This document shows, one piece after another, positions 38,091-64,000 of a stretch of 64,000 bases of DNA; position 1 is the stretch's first letter; every line of letters begins with the position of its first letter. The translations under genes were made by a program, and so were the position numbers. The notes under the pieces were generated by a model. That model did no database searches, had not been told where the DNA came from, and saw only the letters and a list, made by a program, of their open reading frames with translations. The stretch spans positions 4,898,001 through 4,962,000 of the forward strand of contig JBHGNT010000005.1 in assembly GCA_043228905.1 (NCBI GenBank), in the 5' to 3' direction. Source of the stretch: Azolla caroliniana. Lineage: Eukaryota > Plantae > Polypodiophyta.

Positions 38091-39559
38091 TGAGCCCATG
38101 TTCCCCATGTTTTGTTCTGTTTTTTGTGCATATTTATTTGCACAAAGAGAAAGAGACATTGAATGCACACACGAGAGGAGACCCCCTTCCCTTCCCGTGG
38201 ACACACACTTTTAAGTTTTGCTTTGCTTGCTGCCAATGGCACCCCTCCCTCCATACCACAAATTACAATCACTCTTTTCTTCGCCATATTACTCCCGGCT
38301 CACTCACTTTACGCCTCCATCTCGTCTCCTATGCCACCATCCCCCCCCTTCCCCCTCCCTCGCCTTCACAACAGTTCGATCATCGAAATAATACTTCTTC
38401 CTCCTCCTCTTCATTCATGACGATGTTGAGGTTTGACCATTCGCAAACGGATTTCGACACCCACCCACCCCCCCCCCAATCATAAGAAAGAAGCCCATGT
38501 CGTCGATTTAGTTGGAGGTTTGGTTAGAGCTAGACTGAAAGAATTCCCGTCATGCATCCTTGAGGCAAAGACCAAAGATCCAACTGCCTTGCTTTAGAAC
38601 AAAAACCCCAATATCTGGACTGATATAAGAGTTCTTTGGACGTGTTGCGAAATTAACGTGCATTGGAATTCTAGAGATTGATAAGTGCAAATATGCAAAT
38701 GTAGATAACATCATCATAATTGTGATGACAGAGACAACACCTAAAATGCCTCTAGATTACATGGTTTTGTCATTGTAAACATTACACGATAATTATTGTA
38801 CATATCTCACGCATATTGAGAACTTATCAAATGTCATTCTAATAACGAGTGTATTTAATCATTATTACTTGCTATTGGATTCAACCCTCTTATTGAGATG
38901 TGGATGATTATCTCTAAACCACAAGTTGATGATTTTTCCGCCATATGCGAGACCATGTGACACATCAACCTATCATTATCAACCAACTTTATTAGGGTGA
39001 CGCCACCTAGGAATTTACTTACAAAGAATGTCCTACCAAACTTTCAATCATGTTGTTTGTGGTCAATCCAAATCTCGCTCAATGAATCCTAACCACTTTT
39101 TTAATAGTCCATTCTATTTTTGACAAGTGATATAGGAAAGTTAGAGTGTTCAATAAAGTTTGGTGCATTCACTTCATTGGAGTTTGGAGATATATCTCGA
39201 TATACTTGCCTTCATAGCTACATAAGCAATCTAATCTCAAAGGAAATTCCAAAATTATCTACCCATAGGAAATGATATATCATTTGGTAATATTGACCTG
39301 ATAGATTTGATGTAGGGTTCTCACTTCACTCGTCCTTACTAGGGGAGTAGACTTGTTTTTTATTCCTCTGGCTACCAATATGTTTCAATTGACTTTGTTG
39401 GCTCTTATTTGCTACAAATTGTGTAAGCAGTATGAAGCTTCGTCCATTTAGGAATATTCGAGTTTGAGTGTCAATTTAATCTTCTTTTTTCCAAGAGTAC
39501 AAACTTTTTAGATGATCATGTAGACAAAGACAACGAAATTCATGGGGCAACACCCATCA

Positions 39560-39950
39560 ACGAAATTCATGGGACAACGAAAGGTATTCACCATAGGGGC
39601 AATTATATGTAGTGAGTTGTTTCAAACTAATGGAATGCGAGGATTAGTTGCCAAAATAGGGTCGTGTTCATATGCTTTTTAAGTCAATGCCATTGTTCAA
39701 GGATGTAAAATAATGTTCAAATGCCTTTTGGGAGTATGATTGAAAATTTTGGCATTACTCCAAATGTCAAGCATCATACTTGGGTGTGTAGAGTGCTTTG
39801 ATCACACAATAGTTGTGATTTAGGGCCATTGTGTGACTATACAATTTGGCTTGCACACGGGGTGCAAGAATTGAGGCAATGTAAATATTGGGAGATTGGT
39901 ATTCAATCAAATACTATGACTATATTACAATTCAACTACAATATATATTT
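39560..39950 (+). pseudogene. Degenerate PLS-class PPR (E-domain) gene fragment
   Basis: Broken frames read FGSMIENFGITPNVKHHT, DYTIWLA and GNVNIGRLVFNQIL*LYYNSTTIYI, matching the S2/E-domain consensus of plant PPR proteins. Confidence 0.55.
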
Positions 39951-40823
39951 GGATGGTGAATATTTTTCCAGCCACTAGAATGCAACGAGACACAAAGAAA
40001 GTTGAAGCCATGACACTTAAATATGCCCAACAATGCCACAAATGTCAATGAAATTCTATGGTTAGAGATCCAAATTGCTTCCATATTTCAGATGATGATT
40101 GTGGTGCAACTAATGCCGAATGTCTCATTTAATAATGTCATGAGTTATCATGGGTATTGGTTGATAACAAAAGACGTACGTAGATTCACTTTATTGTGAA
40201 CTAGCCTTGGGTTTTTGAAACTACTTAAAAGCACATTTAAAATTTCTGTTTGGGGTCCATTACCAACGACCTAATATTCACTTATTTATATAATGGAGGA
40301 TTTGTCACATCAATTGCGACACTCGATAATGATTGGGTACAATGGGAATAATCCATTGGGAAACGTCTGGAATCGCAATGTAGTTGTTGCAATAAAGCTC
40401 AATCAACCCACTTCGCAATTATTTGCTACATATATAGTTGTTGCAGTAGAGCTTGCTCAACCCACTTCACGGTTCTTTGCCACATGCATTGGTTTGTAAC
40501 ATAAATTATATATTTCATACCAATAAGTTATGCCATTAAGTTATTGTATAAACCATGGACAAATTCCACTTCTTATATGAATGCATGGGATTTTGCAAGG
40601 TTTACAATGTGATTGTTGGCCTCGAAAACATGCAATCGATGCTTTAAAAACCAAATTAAACCCATAACATACATTACTCATGACTCTTACCAATAACCAA
40701 ACTATAAAAAGAAAACGTCCAAGAGATGACAATTAGTCACAAAATACATTCAATATATGCTCAAACAAAATAAAGATGCAAATGTTTCTACCTTTGCTTA
40801 GTGTGTCACATAATCCTTATTAT

Positions 40824-41514
40824 TAGGAATTGGCAATGGTTCAGTTTCAACTTAACCAGTTTGGAAGTTTGCAAAATTGAACCAAACCAGTTTGCATCGG
40901 GTTGTCGCGATGGGCACAATTCGGTTCAGTTTGAAGGCAAAGAAACCGAAACCGAACCGTTTACGAACTCTCGAGTATTTAAACGAAACCATTTAAGAAA
41001 TAGTAAACGAAATCATTTAAACCCAAACCGTTTGGGGAAAAGTTGAAACCAAACCGAACCATTTAATAAAAAATTTAAACCTAATCATTTAAGTCAAACA
41101 AAATTAACATCTAAATAAGTAAAAATACATTAAATTAAATAAGCATTTAAGTTAAATCTATTAAATCAATAAAAGAATCTTTAATTGAATCATTAAATTA
41201 AATAAACATTCAAGTTAAATTAATTAAATTAATAAAAAACCCTTTAACTAACCCATTTAATTAATAATTTATTAAGGTGAAAAAAGAAGTTAACCAAAAA
41301 CCTATAAATCCGAGTTTTAAAACCGAACCGTTTATTGAAAATCCAAACCAAACCAAACTATTACTTTTGGGGGAACCAATAAACTGTTAAGCCATGGCTT
41401 AACGGTTCGGTTCGAGCCGAAACCGTGCCCATTGCTATCGGCTTAAGCATTGCCTAACTGAGCTCAAACCGGTTTACAAATCTCAACCTTGAACCAAGCC
41501 ATTGTTGACTCCTA
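40824..41514. mobile_element. Non-autonomous hAT-type element (691 bp) containing a nested related element at 40905-41437
   Basis: Perfect 8-bp TSD CTTATTAT (40816-40823 and 41515-41522). Imperfect TIRs: TAGGAATTGGCAATGG on the left, TAGGAGTCAACAATGG as the reverse complement of the right end. AACCG(A)AACC subterminal motifs and an AT-rich core. Confidence 0.85.
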
Positions 41515-43776
41515 CTTATTATCATGAACTTATGGATGTGATTTTGCTTCATAGGCATACTTTTCTACTTTATCATCCGCCACATATACTAGTGTGCTTG
41601 TGATTTACATAGACAAACTACTTCATATTATGAACAACCATGTATCCATGTAATTAGCATGTTTTTACTTGATAGAGTTTATTTTCTTTGGCTTATGATT
41701 CCCTATCTTGCTCCCCTCTAACGAAACATATTCATATACATACGAGAGAGAGAGAGAGACGAGCACACACATACAAATATTATTCAATCTATTCTATTGC
41801 ATGAACTTACATTATATAGTTCTTTATACTTCCTTCTTTTGTGTGATAATGAACCCAAAACTCCCATGAGGAGCTCGATTTCTTACAATGACCGTTACTT
41901 TGTGGAATGACACCATTATTATGTGGGCATGGCATATGCCATGTTTTTTCATGAAAGTTTAAGGACAACATACTACGAGGAAATATAAAAAAACATTAGC
42001 TTGCTAATCATAAAACTTAAAAATCCTAGGATTGTACTTTGTACTTGGCTTAAACAAGTCGATGCATAGACCTTGAACCATGTGATTATCATTGGTCACC
42101 TCTTTTGCTTTCGTAGACAATAGATACAAAGTGATGTATGTGACTATCATTTGGAAGAATATGCATGAGTATGAATATAAAAGAAAATAGTTCAATTATT
42201 GATAAGACCATGTGTGATCTTTTATTCCAACTTTCTAAGTCATTATCCTTGGCTCTTATAGTTCCACGAGGTGAGAATAAAGGAGTTTGACCCAAACTAC
42301 TTAATTTTGATTGACTTTGTGCTTATTACATGACAATTAGCTATTTCACAATTACACGACATGAAACACTTAAAACTTATAATGCAACACATTGTTGCGA
42401 CTCACCAATAAGAAATTGTTGTAGTCTTCTTGCTCGCCAATCCCTCGTGTATTGAAGCGTGCAATTTACAACATTTTAGATACCATCATCGATAAACATT
42501 GATCTCTCATTATATGTGAAGTTGACATGTTATTTGATTTTTCTATTTCATTTTGTAATTGTAATTATTAATTTCTCGATCAGGTGAAATGAATCAAAGT
42601 AAGTATCTTACGATGTAAAACTTAACATGTGTGATATTAGCTTGACATTTTCTTCATTTAACAATGATACGAGGGAATGTTTTGTGTTGCATAAAGATAG
42701 CCATAAAGGCATGCAAGCTTGTCCACCAGAAAAATAAAATTCAAACCTTGCAAACTTTTTTTTATTTGGCATGCTAAAAGCTCCATGAACCTCTCAAACA
42801 AACAATCACAACCCATTTTTCGATCAATAATGACATGTGGACATTTTGTCACGTTGGGTTCATATTAGTTGTATGTTTGCAGTCTATCTAATTAGTGTTT
42901 TTTTGTATGCATTATAGCTACAACGAGTTTAATAACACAATTCTATTATCATGTTGTGATGTTTTGTTGGTGTTTATTTCCTTTGTGGTAGAGATATCAT
43001 GTCAACTTCTCATATGTGAGTGAAAACATTGTTTTGTCCATAAGTCGTCTAAATTTTGTTATCCTAGTGATGTAACAAGATTCTCAGGGTGTTTCTTCAT
43101 TAAGACTTGTAACTCCATAAGGGGTAGGCCATCATACATATATGTCTATCGACGAAATTCATCCATAAGGCTAGGGGTTTACAAGATGAAAAGTCCAACA
43201 TTCTAAGGATTGCTTCAAGGTGAAGGCTAGCATACAATAAGGTCCATCCCAAATTCCACATCACTACTCGAGGGAGTACATTTGTGTAGATGGCAATATC
43301 ATGCTCAACAAATGTGGTTCTTCACTTTGTCACACAGTCATAAGGCCTAGCGCGAACCCAAACTTTGACATGAGTTATTGTGAGATGCGAAGGGCAACAT
43401 AGAGCAGTGCTCGAAGGGAGAGTTCAAACAAAGTGGAGCACTCGAGCATGTCATATATCCATGCCTTTCGGGAACAAATTTACATCTCCAGAATGAAAAT
43501 TTCTCGATATTGTGATCAAGAACTAAAACCTTGGATAATATTTGGAAGGGCGGGGTGTATATGTATCAATTTCGACGTATTGGGGAGAGGGGCATAATGG
43601 GAATATTGGGAGGGGTATTCGAAGAGATAATGGAAACTCAAAAACTCATGGGTTGAGGGGTAGGGGCCTATCGCGGTTTTGCCCCTTCTGTGCATGTACA
43701 CACATATATCCGGAGGAACATCGCCATCGCCATCGCCATCGCCATTGTAGTCGCTATCTCCGTCTCTGTCTCTCCC

Positions 43777-56181
<12,405 letters not shown>

Positions 56182-57584
56182 TTTTGTGAGAAAACTCCCC
56201 CTTGGCTCTTCCACTGTTACCCTTTCGAATAAAATATTCTATCCAAAATTTCCATAGAATCCTGAAGAACGCATTTAAGCTATAGAGAACTCATATTCCA
56301 AAGATTTAGAACTAGGTTCCATGTTTAATTGCGGTTAATGTGGGGGTACCTGGGACAGTTTAATCCATTTTGTTGGATTACACAATGAGAGAGTGAGAGT
56401 AAGAGACAATACATAATATGGCCTAGTATTGTTATACAAAATGGATGAATTGATGGAGCAAACCACATTTGCACAGTGTCTTAATCATGAGATATGGATG
56501 AGGAGCATCTCACTCTATAATGTGGAGCCTTTCATAATAAGCTAACAAGATTTCTCACCATCAATTATTGCATGCACTACCTTGCGCATTTGAGAAAATA
56601 TGTGTTCTCTAGTTAAGCATGGATGCAACCTGATTAAAATACATGACCTTTGTGTGACTACTCATTGCTTTTAGGTTCCATGGATAATGAATTTTGGCAT
56701 TTGAGGATGTTAAATTATCATCACCACGATTGTCAGCTCATGATGCAATGTACTGAAGACAAGATTGCTAGCACATATACATTGCTTCTTGCTATCCATT
56801 AACAACTAAGTATGAGATGGGATGGAATCCACATACAAAGGGATGACATCTGAGCAATCATGACGGAGTACAATGCTGCTCTTGGTAGTACAGAAACAGT
56901 TGATTCTCATAATGCATATCCTCTTGATGAAAGTAGTTAGTTCAATACAATTGGTTGAGTGCTTCCTTGTCCTACCTGGTGTCACAACTGAGATGGTGTC
57001 ACTTAGATGTACAAGTCGTTGGGTAAGATCCTTAATACAGTAGTCTATGGAGTTTGTTAAATGATGTCAGAATTTTAACAAACCAACAAAAAGAACTTCA
57101 AACTTGGGAAGGAAAGCAGAACAATGCTCCAAGGATGATGAAAAATCAAGTTAGCATTGACCCCCTTAGAAATCTACCAACGAGACAAGCCTTTCTTAAG
57201 TCATCAAAGAATGCCGAACTGAGGTTGGATTTTGATGATGAATTAGTATTGGTTGATGGATCTATGAAAATTTCTAGACAAGATTATCTTGGCTTCCAAC
57301 AGATCAGAGCCTTGCATGTCGAGAAGCTTGAACAATCATCTATGGATTTTCATAAGTGTGATTGTTTATAGAGTAACATGAGGACACACGATAGTGAGAC
57401 AAAACAGCAAATATTGCGATTCAATGGGGTGGTCGAACATGTAACACAGAGATTGTCAACATAAGCATAACAACAATACCAAGCACACAAAGGGCACCCA
57501 TCCTCACAACTGCATGCCAAATGCTTTGGTGGCAAGTGATAGAAAGTCTCAAAGTTTGAATTTAGTTGAATGGGCACATGCCTT

Positions 57585-58172
57585 GGCATGGTCATGATGC
57601 AAAGTAGTGTTTTGGAAAAAAGGTCTCATTTAGAGTAATGTCATGCAGTTTTGTGTACCTCCTTGTAGACATTATCTATCACATTTGGTGATCATTGTAT
57701 GCTTTAATGCCAATTCTTCTAGCCCTTGTTTCGAAAGGGATTGATCACAATGTAATGGTGTGCCTACATGATGTTAAAATCGTAAGTTGATTGAAGTATA
57801 AAGTTTTAGTTGGTGGTGAAGGTATCACATTACATGACACATTACCCGATGCAAACAATGACACCATCCATTGTCATTGGGCATGGTCATGATGCAAAGT
57901 AGTGGTTTGGAAAAAAAATCTCATTTAGAGTAATGTCATGCAATTTGGTGTACCTCCTTGTAGACATTATCTATCACATTTGGTGATCATTGTATGCTTC
58001 AATGCCAATTCTTGTGGCCCTTGTTTTGAAAGGGATTGATCATAATGTAATGGTGCACCCACATGACGTTAAAATCATAAGTTGATTGAAGTATAAAGTT
58101 TTAGTTGGTGGTGAAGGTATCACATTACATGACACATTACCCGATGCAAACAATGACATCATCCATTGTCAT
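57585..58172. repeat. Tandem duplication of a ~295-bp unit
   Basis: Copy 1 is 57585-57877 and copy 2 is 57880-58172. Both run ggcatggtcatgatgcaaagtagtg...atccattgtcat at high identity. Confidence 0.93.
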
Positions 58173-61100
58173 ACAATGACAATATCCAATGTCGGACGAC
58201 AATATTTGCGTCTTCAATTCCATCAAGAGCTTTCTTTCATTGGAAATGGTGGATAGGTTGGCATTGGATTGGGTTTTAAATATAAACACATTTAAGGTGA
58301 GAGTTTTGCTTTTATTATGATTGAAGAGGATGTGATGTGCAAATTTCGTACATGCCCAAATTTCTAAAGCCGTTTCAGTTTGTTATGCTTTGACGTTGGG
58401 TGTTATTATACGGAAACATTTGGAACCACTTTAGCTTTTTGCTTTGGGAGTAAAACTCTATCCTTCCCATCCTACGAACTAGAGATTGACAATACATCCT
58501 GTTGATTATTTGAAAATAGTTCTCTATATATCATACATCTTGGAAGAACAAATTCCCCTTTCATTCCATGTAATTAACACGCTCATGTTGTGCAAGTAAG
58601 TTCAATATTTCCACAAGACAATAATTTAAGACCGCAAAATAATTTTGCATGGAAGGTCCCTTTGTTAGCTAGTTATGCATTAAATACTCTTGTTCATAAC
58701 TTACTTTCTAATGTTGTTTTTGCAAGGGCAAAGTGACTTAGCATACTTACAAAATTTGAGTTTTAATAATTGATTTAATGGGGTATTGTGAGTATGTCAC
58801 CTTTGTGAAGATCTTGATTTCTACCGAAATACCATTAGGAATTACATTTGGTAAGACAATAAGATTCCTAAAATAACTCACCCATTCATGTCCTTGGGGT
58901 TGTTGACCTCTCTCCCTTTGCATTCTTGAATGTTTGGCACATGGAAAGGTTTCTCTTGAATGCTCATCCTCATTCCTTATATATTTCTCCTTTTCTTCAT
59001 GACATGACTTGTTTTTGTTGTTCCAAGACTGCGACATATTTATTTTTTGATATATTCAAGAGTATAAGGGACCTCCTTTACATGTTTAAGTTTTTGCATT
59101 TTGCCATAGAATGGCTCAAATTAGTAATTATCTCATTTGAAGCAAACATTTAGAAAAGATACCCAATGTAAACGTCCCTAGAATGATCTCATCTCCCATG
59201 TTTGGATATTCAACCTCACCAATCTTTTGCCACTAGTATTCCCTAATGTGCATAACCAATATTGATTGTTTAGTACACCATTTTCTCAATTTCTTTCATG
59301 CATGTTGTATGACAAATCATAGAAATGAGAACTTGCGATTCACCTACAAAATTTGTGCCCCATTGCTTCAAAATTCTTAAAGTCAAGCCAATGATCTCCA
59401 TAGAACTATATAAACCAAGTCGTTATTGAATAGGACATGATGTCATAATTGATTTCTATCCTAATGTTCTTTAGTTTAGAAAGTAACCTCAAAAGACAAC
59501 TTTGGATATCTGTGTACATCTTCAATTAAAACCCATCATAACATTACCCCATTAGTCAATTCAATATATTGACGGTATTTTTCGTGTTGAAAAGTAGATA
59601 ATACCTCTGGCATAGAACATCAAGAAGGGTTTTTGCAACATCTCTGCCTATACTTTTGGGCCATACGATCATCATTTTTAGGTGGAGTGTCATTTAGTGC
59701 TTGCTCTTGGCTTGGGACGTTGGCATTCAAAATAGAATTTCTTAAAGCTAACAAATGTGCCAATTATGTTTTCTTTATGTACATCCAAGCATAACATTAT
59801 ATTGCTCATATTCTACCTTTAAAGGCACTTAAATTTGTCTCAATTTGTTTTTCTATGAGTGTCTTATAAAGTTGAAAGTGACATTTAAACTCAAAGGATC
59901 ATAAGATAATACATTCCATGTTATGGTTCATGGATTACAAAACCCCCAAAGAGTTTTTCATCTTATCCCCACATTGTGGATTAGAGACAAATGGTGGTGT
60001 ACCTATTCACTAATGACTATGTGTTTGGCCAAAAATAAGTTAAACAATCTTTATGCCAAATGAATATATGAATGTGTTTTTAGGTTTCAGTACATGATGT
60101 TATACAATGCATTACTCAAACTAACTATATAGAAATGATATATCTACATGTTTCTCATCCTCATGCATAGATGTTACTTGTTAGATGTTTCAAATTATTG
60201 TTGTATTTATATTGCTCACACATAGAGGCTTCAACATTTTCCTATTGTGATTCCCTCGTTGAACATTTAGACAATTTTCATTCACATGGGGAAATGACAA
60301 GAACGTGTTAGGATGGCTACCATAGCTAAACAATAAATGGGGTTCTATTTTATTGGAACATTTGGAATTTGTATAGCATATATATGATCATATTCTCTAT
60401 TAATATGGGATGTGTGCAAGCACTTTATATAAGATTTAATAAAGGAGTCTCTCCTTTCCAATTTTCCTTTAGACTCCATTCAATACATTTGTCACTACAA
60501 GCTTAGAAGATATAATTACTCTTGCCAACCTCACTTCACTTTATCACGGAGAAAGTAACACCAACAAACAAAGTCCATCCAACACAATTATTGTGTAACC
60601 TTTTTCCTAAACATCATGTCATAGTACACATCTATTCTTATTACTTCCATCATGTACCTAGTTGTAAGGAATGCACTTGTTTCATGGTTCCAATACTATC
60701 AATCTAAAGCATAACGTTTACTTACATTGCATGATGATTTCCAATGTCTAGACTAATATATATATGTATGTATGTATGTATATATATCCATTTAGACACA
60801 TTCACGTAGCTGCAACGAGACCCTTTTTGCAACATTTTCGTTGACGACTTTGATTTGACAACAATATTGGGTCTCAAATGTGTGCAAACAAACATTTCTC
60901 TTCAAGGAGTTTGACTTATGTATTTCAAGAAAAACATCAATCGTCATGTTAGTTGTTTGAGTGCATGGCCACGTGATATACCAGGAAGGCTTGTCATTCG
61001 GTGGGATTTTTTTTTTTTTTTTTCAAAATAACATATCCTTCCATTAGTTTTTAGAAAAGTCATAACAACAACATACAAAATATTTTTCCCAACTCATCTT

Positions 61101-61244
61101 TATAAGATGATGGTTTGAGGAAGGCAATCTATGTACTCCAAAGTAGAGAAAACTAGTCAACTAATCTGAAAGTTATTCTGTAGACACATTCCAAGCTACT
61201 TGCAATCCCATATATCTTAAATAACTTGCATCTCCCAAGTCAAA

Positions 61245-62070
61245 CTCAAATAGACCCATGAGGGGAGACTTCAATGCTACTACATTTGTAGCAGGAACCT
61301 TGTGGATCTTCCCTTTGTTAAAAACATAGCTCCCATCAACGGCTTTAAACATAGGAGGCTTGTCACTTCCTCTAAATTTGGACCACAACTGTGTAAGATT
61401 GAGAGATGTTGACTCTCCACCATAATAATCATTCCTAATCATGATCATTGTCCTTGGCAAACCCTATGCAAGACACTAGAAAATCTGGCTAGTCTTAACA
61501 TATGGAGAAAAAAATATTGCAATTTGGCTCTGTAATGAACTATATGTCTCCCATAAAGAGAGATGGCAAAAAGTATTACTCATCAGCTGCACTAGCTGCA
61601 CTTAAATCCATAAACAAATCCAAAACCTTTCCAGTGATAGTTGTATACATTGCCAAAACATCTTCCACAACGGTCTCAAAATGGGTGGTTGCATCATAAC
61701 TACTGGATATATAGCATTGATCCAATGAAGGTTCATTGACTAGTACAAATCTATCATAGGTATCGAAGAAAATTTCATCCACGAGTCCCAAAAGACTAAT
61801 TCATGTCAGATTTCCTGCCTAGCTTTTTCACCTTGTTTGGAAGATATGATGGATCACCTACAACCTTCTTTGTCCTCGCCGTCTCTCCATCCGATGTGAC
61901 ACCACAAACCTTTCCTTCGTCATCAAATTCTACCTTACACTGGTTTTGCAAGCATATATGTCCCACCATAAACTGCACTCAGTCGTGCAAAACCTTGTGC
62001 TAATTCACCAAGCCCATACAAAGGGTATATATACAAAGAGACTCCTCGAAAGCGAGCTAAGGACTCAGAA
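61245..62070 (-). pseudogene. GDI: Processed, rearranged Rab GDP-dissociation inhibitor (Rab-GDI) pseudogene
   Basis: Intronless segments: [80 protein letters not shown]...SYDATTHFET...DLSAASAADE* (stop at 61576), then RNDYYGGESTSLNLTQLW...FKAVDGSYVFNKGKIHKVPAT...KSPLMGLFE. Frameshifts and deletions throughout. Confidence 0.9.
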
Positions 62071-62516
62071 CATTAGCCACATTTCACTGTGACATTTGTA
62101 AAAAATTCTTTGTATTACATATAACCACTTGGATGAGGCAACCTGCCCTAAGTTTGGGAATGTGATTTGCAGCATTCAAACAGAGAAATTCATTTAACCA
62201 ACCTTCAACAACATCACCTAAAGCATATCTGATGGACTCTCCAAGCTCTACTTCTCTGAAAACTCTTCCTGGAATTCAAAAGTAATGCGAAGTAGTGTTT
62301 TTTTGGAAAAATAAAATAAAATGCGATTGTCTTGTCTCCAACTAAAGCCTGATCATGGCTTTGAGCATAAACAACACATTTTCTTAGCATGTCTTTTTTC
62401 TCAGCAATTCAATCCACTTGTCTGCAACTGCCTTATGCATCCTATATCTTATGCATCTGACGGGATATTTAATCTTGAGCTAGATAAATAAACAAAATAA
62501 CCTACCTTATCCATGG

Positions 62517-62548
<32 letters not shown>

Positions 62549-64000
62549 ATATATCAAGCTCAACTAAGTATAAATAGAATCTAGTTAGTATGTTGACCGT
62601 AAGCCCTTAAATAAGACCTTGTATTTAAGTGGGATACATTCTAGATCCTCCACTCCCAAGCTTATTAAATACATATAGGACTTACATCCTTGTACCTATA
62701 TTCTCCTCACACATGTGCACCCTTGCACATGAGATGTATATATGTACCTAATTGTGGGTATTTTTGGAATCCTAGGAGTAGAGTTAGAATGTGTGAGAAA
62801 TAGGTGGAATACGTGCGAGATAGGGAGAAAGTTGGGGCAAGGAGACAAACGATAAAACTTTGATTTTTAAGACATATTAATTAATGTTCAAGACTTGTGT
62901 TGATCTACCTTCAATCACTTGGGGGGAAACCCCTTTTGTGTTAAGGACTTCTAATGATTCACTTGAGATAATCTAAAGGCAAAGCCCTCTTTGTGCATTA
63001 CATATGTATGAGCATGACCTATGTTTTCTTCCTAAATTAGAGAATCTATGTGTGAACACAAACCCTACACTTTTCCGAATAATAGATTGTGCATTAGAAC
63101 CATAAGACGAACATGTTCAGAACCATACAATCTTCTTGGTGTCATGACACCCATTGGCTTTATCAACTAGCTTTGGAAGGAATTTGTGTTTGGCATCCTT
63201 CTCAATCAGTTATTGGAAGCAAAACGTATCTTATATGAAATATGTTGACCGCCAAAAGAAACAATTGACGGCAAGATTGTGTTGAGTCGAAGATTTGTTG
63301 AAAACATAGAAAAAATGTGATCAAAGTCAAAACAATGTATAGATCAAGATGCGATACTTAGACTACTATACTTGTTAAGGGAAAAATATGCATAGTTGAC
63401 CGACTAGTCTCATAATTTGTGCTAGAACGTTCCATCTCATATTGAAGCAAGTGTGAGTCTAAGTCAAATGGAAGCAATCGTTTAGATGGTAGACAACAAG
63501 ATAAGCTCTAACGTGTATCGATGTTTGTGGTTTCTTTATTTGGTGAAGAGATTTTGTTTGAAGTTTCGTCCAACATATGTAGTATAATGTGTGAAGCGTG
63601 AGCCTCCACCATTTTCCATGTAATGATACATTGTCATTACAAAAAGGCCTTGTTCACAAAGGAATATATTGATGGCATCATGAATTGTGTTGCATCCTAT
63701 CAAACTGGAATAATTTTTTTTGCATTTATGTATATTTTAAATATTTTTCCTTGCTTCCGTTGCAATTGTAAGTAGTCGATGTGAGGGGCTTTTTCAACCT
63801 TTAAGCCTATACTGAACAACATATCATTCTTGCATGACCATGATCTTAGTGGGAATTGATTTGATCTCATGAAGTAGGAGGGTACATGGTGTCACAAACA
63901 AGGGATTATGTGAAATGGAGGCAACAAATATCAACTAAAGTGAGGTAGGAATAGAGAAAGAGAAACAATTACTAAGAAGGAAGAAAATGAGACAAATCGA

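Noticed and set aside
37610-38485. Cluster of 64-162 aa ORFs near the CBL promoter
   Set aside because: Low-complexity (GA/CA/poly-C) promoter and UTR sequence with no protein-like motifs.

Overview
Eukaryotic, AT-rich land-plant nuclear DNA. It looks fern-like from the LINE/PPR relic style and the long (GA)n/(CA)n tracts, but that is inference. I assembled five intact genes by reading splice sites by hand: CUL4 (minus, 17 exons, 828 aa, one GC-AG intron), a 3x RanBP2-type zinc-finger protein (minus, 289 aa), a single-exon secreted glycine-rich protein (plus, 217 aa), a tonoplast-type CBL2/3-like calcium sensor (minus, 226 aa, EF1 Glu->Lys) and the RNA polymerase III subunit RPC3/C82 (plus, 14 exons, 549 aa). 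Introns and intergenic DNA hold degenerate non-LTR retrotransposon fragments, solo LTRs, hAT-type non-autonomous elements with 8-bp TSDs (one nested inside another), a PPR relic, local tandem duplications, and an intronless Rab-GDI retrocopy that is permuted and internally deleted. There are no prokaryotic features, CRISPR arrays, tRNA or rRNA. I cannot claim a new multi-gene system. The best leads are the scrambled GDI retrocopy, the Cys-framed glycine-rich protein with a self-complementary 3' region, the nested hAT element and the EF1-altered CBL.
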